From Octopus vulgaris (lineage: Eukaryota), in assembly GCA_951406725.2 (NCBI GenBank), contig OX597823.1, forward strand, positions 82,894,001 to 82,958,000: a stretch of DNA of 64,000 nucleotides, read 5' to 3'. The position numbers and the translations under genes are program-made. The stretch's first letter is position 1. Every line of letters begins with the position of its first letter. Below, in pieces: positions 53,453-64,000 of this stretch. The notes below the pieces were generated by a model. The model had not been told where the DNA came from, did no database searches, and worked only from the letters and a program-made list of their open reading frames with translations.

Positions 53453-53700
53453 GAGGCGAGTGGCTTAGTGGTTAGGGTGTCAGCACAATGATCGATCGTA
53501 AGATTGTGGTTTCGATTCCCGGACCGGGCGACACGTTGTGTTCTTGAGCAAAACACTCCATTTCACATTGCTCCAGTCCACTCAGCTGGCAAAAATGAGT
53601 AACGCTGCGATGGACTGGCGTCCCGTCCAGCTGGGTAACACAAAGCCATTGGAACCGGGATACCGGGCCCATGAATCTGGCTACGCTTTAAAAAGGCGCA
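53453..53700 (+). mobile_element. SINE family D
   Basis: A-box TGGCTTAGTGG, B-box GTTTCGATTCCC, CORE-like GTGTTCTTGAGCAAAACACT, then GCGATGGACTGGCGTCCCGTCCAG. Confidence 0.88.
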
Positions 53701-53809
53701 TTTATTTATTTTTTAATGCGTGTAAGGGAAAGTTGGCTGCTGCTTCGAAAAGCTTGAGACCACATTGATTTGATACATACGAGTATCGTGATAGTTTCTC
53801 GTTTATAGT

Positions 53810-54027
53810 GACCAAATGTTCATTAGCTCACGCCCTCCACCAAATCCACTTGGCCTGAACTGGTGCACGGTGCACCACACGTCAGGTGTCGATTTAATCG
53901 CAGAGAAACATGACATCAAATGTTGTGATTAAGAACACAAGGCACCACCCGGTCCAGGAATTGAAATCACAATCATGCGACCGTGATTGTTAGTTCAAAA
54001 CTCTAACCACTCGGCGATGCACCCTTC
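53810..54027 (-). mobile_element. SINE with family-D-type head, opposite orientation
   Basis: Reverse complement GAAGGGTGCATCGCCGAGTGGTTAGAG...TTTCAATTCCTGGACCGGGTGGTGCCTTGTGTTCTT. Confidence 0.68.
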
Positions 54028-56917
54028 ACAGACATACGTGTAATGTGAGGATTATGTAACACGTTTAGATTGAAAATAACAGAAAAGTGAAACAACGGCA
54101 AAAAAGAAATAATAAAATTCTTGTGAATGACGTCAGTTACATAAAGAAAATTGCAGATTAAGAAATAAAAGACTTCATGATTCGAAAACTGCTTTTCTTC
54201 CATTGTAAACAGTTTTTTTTACGGTTTGAACGGTAACATTTGCAACGAAAAACGGAAGGATATAAGGATAAAATTCTAAAATTAGATATTCTTAACACGA
54301 ATATTTTTCATACGCTGACAAAATTTCCTTCTTAGCACTGTATACATGTAAATCAATTTACTTATAGGTAAATATACTTTTGGCTTTAAGCAGGTAACAC
54401 ATGAATGATTCACTATAGAAATGCATATGTAAGGAGATCGATTAGTAGAGTTGTTACAGAGTCGTGTATTAAGCTTTGTAATATTGATTTCAAATTTTTG
54501 CGCAAGGCTAGCAGTATTGATGGTGGGGGTAAGTCAACTGCAAAGACACCCACAGTTCAACTGGTACTTTTTATTTTTCGCACCCGAAAAGATAAAAGGC
54601 AAAATCGACCTCGGTAGCACTTGAACGTGATGGACGAAATGTTTTTTTTCCAGAGGAAGGAAATGAAAATAATAAAGTACGGTGTGTGCGAGAAGCAGTT
54701 TATCGACTGTTCCCTCGCATCAGATTTAAGGCCTTGGACCTGTGTTAGAGATCAATAATCTTATTATTACTTGTTTCTTCTTATAATGGAGTTGCTCCCA
54801 AAAAGGAACGGTTGTTTTTCGGCATATGAAAGAATTTCCTAGCTTAGAAGCTTGAGGTAAGAAAAGAAAAGAATAAAAATATTGTCTCGAGTTTTTGGTC
54901 TCGTAACGCTTGCTCCTCGATTTCAGTGGCGAGTTAGTGACCGAAATCACAACACTTATTCTAAATGGGACGTAAGTCCGTCACAGAGTTATTGATTTAC
55001 AGGTGAGTGGACTGGTCCAACGTGAAGTGAACGTTTTGCTCAAGAGCACAATGCACCAGTCGTTTCGAAAATAAAAACCAAGAAGTTGAGGCAGTGAAGT
55101 ATACTCTGTAGTTTTTTTTTTTTTGGGGGGGGGGGGGCTCGTAAGCCATTCCATTCTATTCATTGTAAATATTCCATTTCATAATTATTCTTCATTATAT
55201 GTACCCCATGATTTGTGTTGTCTGTCCTTGTTTGTCAGCCCTCTATGTTGGGCCCTCGTGGTTAATAAAGAAAAGTATATTCTGTAGTTTGTACTTTTAA
55301 ACTCAGCGAATATTTCATCAAATAGATCATTCGACCTGCTGTCCACTAGGGCCTCACTTCCAAGCAATCAGATGACCGATTTCACAACAGAAAATAGTGC
55401 TATTAGGCGTTGAATACGAATTAAGTGTGGACATCTGAAAACAATGAACTAAACTATAAAAATAGAGTTGTGCATTTTTGTCAACCTTGAATCCTCGGAC
55501 ATATTCGTTAAACTTAACAATGGAGATTTCCTTAAATATTTTCAGCTAAATTGGTGGAGAAACAATAATCATTGTTTGTCATCGATATTTTTGGCCGACA
55601 CCATGTCAACTTGAGCCTTTATTACTTTTCGACTAGAGTGGTTTGTTCGCTGTAGCAATGCTGAACATCTCTTCAATCCGAGCGTCATGAGGTGAATGCG
55701 CTCGAAAATGAGCATGTTAACACTACCACTGTCAACTTGACACTGAGAAATCCTACCTCTCCCGCTTGATGTAACAATGACTTAACTACTTACATGAAAA
55801 TTGATCAAGTGTAAGTTAAGTATCTTGTTCGCAGATGCAACGCAGTGGCGGTAACACGATACAAACTGCTGTGAATTTGGCTGGTTAAATTATACCGTCA
55901 ACCAGATATTCTGACCTCTCACAGTCATGTACACTGATGTGATCTGTCGATTAGTAATACGACCAGATGATATAGTGGTCGAGTCGCTCACACTTATTGT
56001 ATTTGATCTTTCTTTCTATCATCAATTGTAATGTAGTAAAAGCGCAATGAACAGGAAGAGATTTAGTTCAAAGAGTAATTGAACAAGATAGAAGCAATTA
56101 TGATAACTGACGTATACACTGAATGTAATCAACATAATCATAGCGAACAAAGCAAATCAAAACATACTAGAGAGCCTATACCTGGCCACCTGATCAGCTA
56201 AAAGTAGTACCAACCAAGGAAAACATCAATGGATAATGCAAGCCTGAAGATATTTTGCTGAGAAATAAATTAGGTGACTGATCATATATCTGCTCATTCA
56301 GAAAATACCTCAGGCTAAACAATTATTACAAAGTATGACTGGTGTGTGAGGTACTTTGAAGAAACTAGTAAACTTCCGTGTCGGCAATTTGTGAATACAA
56401 ACAATTTAAAAGAAAAAATAAAGGGAAATCAAAAATGATAAATTAATTTGTGATGAGGAATACGGATGGTCTAACAGTTTTGGGGAGTACTTTGGAGAGG
56501 AAGGTTCTATGATGGTACCAATACATATGGAGGTGAGAAGGAGAGAAACAAAGGAAAATGGAAATTAAAATTTTCAGTTGAGTACAACAAGTGTTTCTAT
56601 TCAGGTCAAACTGCATCATATTTCTGTTTGATAAATTGAAGGTGTCATTCAACGTAAGAAAATTTTATGAATGACATCAAATGAGAAAGCTGAATTGAAG
56701 TTGGATATGTGCTGGGATATGTCAGCGTAGCAGAGCTATCTGGTAAGAAGCTTACTTCCCAACCAGACGGTCTTGGGTTCAATTTCACTGCATGTCACAC
56801 TGGGAAGATATCTTAAACTATAGCTACGGGCCGACCAAAGATTTGTAAGTTGATTCGGTAAACGTCCTGCGATGTATATATATATATATATATATTAATA
56901 CTATATACATACATACA

Positions 56918-56951
<34 letters not shown>

Positions 56952-56966
56952 CATACATACATATAT

Positions 56967-57042
<76 letters not shown>

Positions 57043-57225
57043 GTATATAGTATTAATTAATTGTAGGTGATGGATTTCGTATTAAACATTTATTAGGTAC
57101 AACATATATTTCGACCCATCAGTCTGGAAGTATACCACAACTGCGGATGACAACATGTATCCCAAACAGTGCAAGGGCTCTACTCAACATTTAAACCCAC
57201 TAATCAACTTATACTTGTGTCCAAA

Positions 57226-57284
<59 letters not shown>

Positions 57285-57394
57285 CATCATTATTATTATT
57301 ATAGAGAGAGAGAATTTCATTCAGTTTCCGCCTGCCAAATCCTCTCACAAAGATATGCTCAGCCCGAGGCTATAGTAGAAAACGCTTGCGCACT

Positions 57395-57521
57395 TATGTG
57401 TGTATATGTGTTTTTGTCTTTTCCCGCCCTACCTCCTGGCAACCGGTGTAAGTTGGTTTCCGTCCCTGTAATCTAGCATTTCAGCAAAAGTGACTGATAG
57501 AATAATTAACACTAAAATCTC

Positions 57522-57573
<52 letters not shown>

Positions 57574-57655
57574 GGCTCGATTTGTTTCTCTAAATCCTTT
57601 CAAGGCGGTGCTCCAGCATGGCCGGAGTAGAATGGACTGAAACAAGTAAAAGAAA
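57395..57655 (+). mobile_element. SINE family B 3' half with (TAA)n expansion
   Basis: CGTCCCTGTAATCTAGC...CAAGGCGGTGCTCCAGCATGGCC...GACTGAAACAAGTAAAAG. Confidence 0.75.
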
Positions 57656-58794
57656 GATATTTGGATTGTTGTAGTAATAATGTTTTCTATATGTTCATTG
57701 TATTCAATGTCTAAGAAAGACAACGCTGCATTTTATAACACATAACTGGTTATAGATAGAACAGAGAATACTTTGTTCGCGTATAGAAGTACGAACAATG
57801 TATATATACGTTATACCACATTTCTTCCTTAGATCCCACGGTGAACAAATGGGTTGCTGCCACGGATTTTATTAAAATTTGCTTTCAGTTCATATATAGC
57901 TTACGTTACCAATACTAAACATTTTATGTTCTCTTCTGTATCCAGTGCAATTGTACACTGCTTGTTTTCATCAAACAATATTTTTCAAGTATTACATTGT
58001 GAAGCAATTCTGTTATGGTTTTTTTGTTTGTTTCGATTGTTGTGTTTTGTGGTTTCCAGATCGCTTAGCATATAATTGTATTAAATCACATTGAATTCTT
58101 TCACACTTAAGCTTTATGGAAAATCCTGGTACATTCTCTTTCTTTTGTATGTTTATTTGATATTCCATTCCTTTCGTTAATGGGAGTTATTAGGAATCTT
58201 TGACTTCCACAAATTGAACAATGCAGAAGAATCGATGTTATATCATTAACAAGATAGAAAATAAGAACATACTGATCAATTCCGCATTAACCAGAATGTT
58301 CAAAGAATCCAAATAAGAGATTTTATTATGAAGTCGATGAGTAAATCCTACCTCCTCTTCCAGATTAATTCACATGTCTATGATCCAAAATTAGATTCTA
58401 AACATTCCTCACTTCACAACAAATAACATTGATTTCCTTTTCCCCTAGAATTGGTATTTCTCCGCTTGAATCTCATCAAACTTTGACTGAGTAGCCACTC
58501 GAACAAGATCCTGTTAAACCCAGTTACCAGATCCTATTGACTCGTACAAAATAATTTACCTAAGTCTTTTAAGAATCATGTTGGAAAACTTGTTTCCAAA
58601 AATCTCTATTTGATGAAAGCTGTCACCATGGTTTCAAAACCCAATATATTTTCAGAGTTTTAGATGTCACAAAAATCAATAATTGTTTTAACATGTTCTG
58701 TGAACAAAACAGATTAAGACATAAAAATCTAAATGCAATAACAGTGCGCCCACGTACGAATAATCTGTCACGCAAACACACACACACACACACA

Positions 58795-58833
<39 letters not shown>

Positions 58834-58994
58834 GTATGCACAGACACACATGTACACGCATAGTAAAATTCATAGATAGTTTGGAGATATAAGTGTCGTT
58901 TGTGAGCTAACAAAAGGAACGAATTTATTCTTTTCACCTATTCGCAGCTTTTGAATTCCTAAATATCATAGTCACTTCTCAAAATGATAACGTA

Positions 58995-59097
<103 letters not shown>

Positions 59098-59227
59098 CTC
59101 AAAGGGACGAAAATATTTTGGCAAATTAAATTTAAATGTTAAAGTGAATCTAACCTTCCACGCTGCAATTGTTTTTCGCTCCAGCACACGATCTCAGATC
59201 AGGTCACTTGCTATGCATGTACACCTC

Positions 59228-59303
<76 letters not shown>

Positions 59304-59416
59304 ATTTGAGGGAATAAAATCCAAACTTACAAGGAAAAAGAATTCAATTTAGAAATACTAAATCAAATTCCACACAATATAATATATATAAAATATTAGA
59401 TTTATATATATAAAGG

Positions 59417-59477
<61 letters not shown>

Positions 59478-59495
59478 CATTATTATTATTATTAT

Positions 59496-60053
59496 TTAGT
59501 GAGAGAGCAGTGCATGCCATCAAAGAGACACTGGGGTAAAATATACGAAGCCCAATATACCCATCATGACTACCCGTCTGATAAGGGTACACCAGGCACA
59601 TGCATCACAACCATATGTGCGCGACATGGTGATCTCATATCAAGATAAACAGCACATGACCTTGCAGGTGGGGCCTAGTTAGAATTTTCTTCAGGTTGAG
59701 TAGCCCATCCCACTCAAAAGGTCCCTGAATAAGGATTGTTTAAGGATGTTGAAAGAACCACCCATGTTTCCAGAGGTGAATTATTCAAACCCCAAAGAAT
59801 CCCTCTCAACACATGGCTATGATGCTCCCCCACTACTTCTGCTCGTGATCAGAGATGCACATATCGTCAGCCACTAAGGGACATGCTCAACTGGTTAAGG
59901 TCAAACAACTGACAAGCAAATCTGTGGTATTGAGCAGAATATTTGCTGTAGCCCATCTTTTATACCAAGACAAAACAATGTACATGATAACACTTCCAAT
60001 CAGTTAAGATCAGAAGCCATGAGAGCCACTGCCTGGTACTGCATCAGGGCATT
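59496..60053 (-). mobile_element. ~560-bp non-coding putative retroelement embedded in (TAA)n
   Basis: GC-richer unique segment with sharp borders, long (ATT)n tracts on both sides, no long ORF. Orientation is inferred from a (TAA)n-type tail. Confidence 0.6.
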
Positions 60054-60055
60054 TA

Positions 60056-60132
<77 letters not shown>

Positions 60133-60154
60133 GATTATTATTATTATTATTATG

Positions 60155-60210
<56 letters not shown>

Positions 60211-60220
60211 CATTATTTAG

Positions 60221-60432
60221 ACGGCAAGCTGGCAGAATCGTTAGCACGCTGGGTAAAATGCATAGTGGTATTTCGCCCGTCGTTACGTTCTGAGTTCAAA
60301 TTCCGCCGAGGTCAACTTTGCCTTTCATCTCTTGGGGTCGATAAATTAAGTATCAGTAAAACACTAGAGTCGATGTAATCGAATAGTCCTCCTCCCCCAA
60401 AATTTCAGGCCTTGTGTCTATAATAGAAAGGA
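60221..60432 (+). mobile_element. SINE family A monomer
   Basis: CGGCAAGCTGGCAGAATCGTTAGC...GAGTTCAAATTCCGCCGAGGTCAACTTTGCCTTTCATC...GGCCTTGTGTCTATAATAGAAAG. Confidence 0.88.
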
Positions 60433-60661
60433 TTGTTATGATTATATTTAAATTAGTTTGCTTCGACTCGATGCAACAAAGTTTCGTAGCTTGTCATCTA
60501 CGTCGGTCGGCTGAGACCAACAAATTAGATAAGGAGCCTGTGAAAATTTAAGTTTCACGTGGCCTACTGTTTCAAAATTTTATATTTGTAACTCCTACTA
60601 AATGTGTTGTGTGCCTTTTTCTTTCGTTTGTCCACTCACTCGTGTGTGTATATAAGTACAA

Positions 60662-60721
<60 letters not shown>

Positions 60722-60724
60722 TAT

Positions 60725-60895
60725 GGGAGAGTTCACGAAAAAAGCAAAAGACGAAGCCAGGCGGTGTACAAAACAAACAGATGTATTAGTATAACACTCA
60801 GGAATAGAAGAAGTCTTTTACGTTTCGAGCCTAGGCTCTTCTACAGAAAGGGACACAGAAAAAAAACAAGGAGAGAAAAAAAAAGGAGAGAAAAA
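60725..60895 (-). mobile_element. Solo PLE pLTR fragment with best-preserved variant hammerhead
   Basis: Minus strand GTCCCTTT-CTGTAGA-A-GAGC-CTAG-GCTC-GAAA-CG-TA-AAAGAC at 60813-60854, followed by the TAATACATCTGTTTG..CTTCGTCTTTTG tail shared with 38160-38210. Confidence 0.72.
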
Positions 60896-62067
60896 TATAA
60901 ATATGTGTGTGTGTGTGTATGTAGGTATAAGCACGCAGACATCCATACATTCATACATACATATACCCATTTAAATTAGTTTCTTTAATCATTTTCCAAA
61001 TGGTTCAGACAAAAAAATTCAAATTTTTCCTTTCCATTAATGAAAGCGCACACTGATAATGTCCTCGAGTTTGATTTTCTCCGCTTTTTAAGATAAAATA
61101 TTCTTCACTTAGGCGCTCAGAGGATCTCTCTGTTACTTATGCATGTAATAGCCTTGAACTTTCTATTCATTGTAACACGTTCGGATTCCCATAGCAGCCT
61201 CGTTCAACAAAGATGCAATGGTTTCGATCAGGATGCATATTCTGTTCATGAATTCCTCATTTTTTTCTTACGAATTTACAAAGCAAGACACTCGGTTTTG
61301 AAATTTTTTTAAAAAATATTATGTGCTCTAACTGGTATATTCTGTGTAGCACGCAAGAATATAATCGAGAATACTGCTTGCATTACGTAAGGTCTAATAC
61401 TTGCCTGTGTTGGTTTCATTTGTTTCTGTTGAGACAGCTGTGAAAAAAGGAAATTATCACTCTTTCACTAATCTAGTCTGTCACTAAACCCGTTACTGTC
61501 TTGCTTAATAGTTGAGTGGAGTTACCATCAGAGACGTCCCAGCCGAAAGGAATAATTACCTGCTTAAAAATAATTACTGGGGTGGATTGATTTGATTAAA
61601 ACTCTTGAAGTTAGTGCTCCAGCATGGCCACAGTCAAATGACTGAAACAAGTAAAAAATTAAAGATAAACGAATGCGCGATTATGACTAGACTTATAACC
61701 AAAAGAATTCCAACCGTGCTTTTCATGTCTTTTTGGATATCTACAACGCCATTCTTCAATAGGTTCAAATGTGATGGATTGGGAGAAGAGTTGGGTCATT
61801 GAATGGTGATGTTTGTTCTGGTCCTATTCACTCCAAGTTCAAATCCTCGGAGGTCAGCTTAGCTGTTCGTCCTCTCAGGGTTGTTAAAAACATAATTTGA
61901 GAGGTGGAATAAAATAATTGTACGAAAACTAGCACGGGTGCTTTGCAGATCACGGAGTTCCAAGTGAGAATCATATTATGGCCTACTTGGGTGTTGGCTT
62001 AATCTGCTACCTGGTTTGACATAATCATCTATCCCTTTGGCTATCTTTAGAGGGAAACATTTTATTG

Positions 62068-62278
62068 TTTTCTACTTTAGGCACAAGGCCCGAAATTTGG
62101 TGGGTGGGGCCAGTCGATTAGATCGACCCCAGTGCGTAACTGTTACTTAATTTATCGACCTCGGAATGATAAAAGGCAAAGTCGACCTCGGCAGAATTTG
62201 AACTCAGAACATAAAGGCAGACGAAATACTGCTAAGCATTTTGCCCGGCGTGCTAATGTTTCTGCCAGCTTGCCGCCT
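62068..62278 (-). mobile_element. SINE family A monomer
   Basis: Full head and body; tail GGGCCTTGTGCCTAAAGTAGAAA on the minus strand. Confidence 0.88.
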
Positions 62279-62295
62279 TAGGGCAGCATTATATT

Positions 62296-62705
62296 TATTT
62301 CTTTATTGCCCACTGGGGGTTAAACATAGAGGAGACAAACAAGGATAGTCAAAGGGATTAAGTCGATTACATCGACTCCAGTGCCTAACTGGTACTTATT
62401 TAATCGACTCCGAAAGGGTGAAAGGCAAAGCCGACCTCGGCGGAATTTGAACTCAAAATATAAAGACAGATGAAATACCTATTACTACCCACAAGGGGCT
62501 AAACACAGAGGACAAGCAAGGACTGACAAACGGATTGAGTCGATTACATCGACCCCAGTGCGTAACTGGTACTTATTTAATCGACCCCGAAAGGATGAAA
62601 GGCAAAGTCGACCTCGGCGGAATTTGAACTCAGAACGTAACGGCAGACAAAATACGGCTACGCAAATCGCCCGGCGTGCTAATGACTCTCCCAGCTCGCC
62701 GCCTT
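62296..62705 (-). mobile_element. SINE family A dimer
   Basis: Two ~180-bp bodies, one head; flanks TAGGGCAGCATTATAT and TAGAGCTGCATTATAT resemble a TSD. Confidence 0.88.
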
Positions 62706-62854
62706 AGAGCTGCATTATATAGCAAGCATTTGAGCAAGGCTTCCATTTTCAGAACATATTTCCTGCTTCAGCCTTCCCATTACTCTTGCAAGCCCTGTAA
62801 TGGGCATTGGACATTGCATTTCATCTTAACTAAAATATATCTTTTCATCTTTTT

Positions 62855-63220
62855 TATTTTACTTTTTTCAGTCATTATACTGTGGCCATGCTGGAGTATC
62901 GCATTGAAGGATTTAATCAAACAAAACGAACCCAACACTCACTTTTTTAGAACCGCTTAGTTACGGGCGGGTAAACGCACCAATACTGGTTGTCAACCGG
63001 TGGTAGGGGACAAACACAAACACAAAGACATCCCCCACATACATAGATATATATACATATATGTACTATGGGCTTCTTTCAGTTTCCGTTTACTAAATCT
63101 GCTCACAAAGTTTTAGTTGGTACAGGTCTGAAGTAGATTATATTTATCCAAACTGCCACTTAGTGGGTCTGAACACAGAATTACGTGGTTGGAACGCAAA
63201 CTTCTAATCACAGAGCCACA
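62855..63220 (-). mobile_element. SINE family B, diverged
   Basis: TTTCAGTCATTATACTGTGGCCATGCTGGAG...GGGCTTCTTTCAGTTTCCG...TGAACACAGAATTACGTGGTTGG. Confidence 0.75.
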
Positions 63221-64000
63221 AAGACGGTTTAAATCTATAAGCAATTTTTGGAGCAGTTACAGAGAGTATAGTTTATCAATTGAGAATTGGACATGAAAAC
63301 TGAAGTGCTGATTAAAAGTTTAAAGTTTTAACCACTTATCTTCTAGTTTATAAATAACACTATGATTTGTTTAGTTTGCTCTCCTACTCGAAGTCTAGTA
63401 AATTATTTAATATCTTTACGCGTTCACAACTTTGAATCGAATGATTGGATTTCTGATCCAATATTTCATCTACGTCTCTTATCCAATATGCCATTGACAA
63501 AAGAACCACCGAGTATTGTTTATTGCCTGCGTATGAATGTAATTTAAAGAATATATATATATATAATACATCATGAATACGTTTTGATCAGGATCATTCT
63601 TAACAATATAATTTTGAAGTTTAAGACGAAAACATGTAAAACGCAATAGAATTTCATCTGGATTGACATTCTTATACACACACATACACACATATATATC
63701 TTTTAAATTTGATTATGGGAAATGTTTTGAATATGGCAATAAAGCTTCTATTCTGTTATGCTTGCCAGTGTCTAGTGATGCTGACTCGTGAGCAAGTTTT
63801 TCAGGGTTGCTTCAAGTTATATCCATATAATGAAGGATAAATATAATAATAATAACGATAATCTAGGATGGAATTTACTCGCGTGGCGATGCATTAAATG
63901 TTTTTAAATTCCATCCTAGGATTGTGATATGTATGGGAGTCTGTGTGTGTGTGTGTGTGTCTGTGTGTGTGCGTGTGTATGTATGTGTGTGTGTGTATAC

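Noticed and set aside
57095-57135. Minus-strand CTGATGGGTCGAAATATATGTT hammerhead-like string
   Set aside because: No convincing stem I or II pairing around the core.
59990-60053. HDV-like ribozyme at the presumed 5' end of the (TAA)n-embedded element
   Set aside because: Could not assemble the P1/P2/P3 nested pseudoknot by eye.

Overview
Eukaryotic, very AT-rich, non-genic (intronic or intergenic) DNA packed with microsatellites and decayed transposable elements. The repeat types suggest an octopus/cephalopod genome, which is an inference from pattern recognition only. I found no supportable host exon; most of the ORF track is microsatellite translation. Recognisable content: at least four tRNA-headed SINE families, a dead mariner, an old hAT (Charlie/SPIN-like) transposase, pogo/Tigger- and hAT-type non-autonomous pieces, two CR1-group LINE remnants, a 3' fragment of an RLE-type LINE, and at least six Penelope-like element (PLE) remnants (RT or GIY-YIG). 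The main hidden signal is a set of type I hammerhead ribozyme motifs. One is fully canonical and sits in a non-coding 505-bp partial-tandem retrozyme/pLTR unit (29025-29660). Four more cluster at 39.8-41.7 kb, and a three-copy family shares a non-canonical CUGUNGA core. Other notable structures are head-less SINE multimers inside one TSD, a LINE/SINE shared 3' tail with compensatory hairpin changes, a ~386-bp near-perfect palindrome, and 142-bp direct repeats bracketing a nested TE block. All alignments and folds were done by eye and coordinates of old repeats are approximate.
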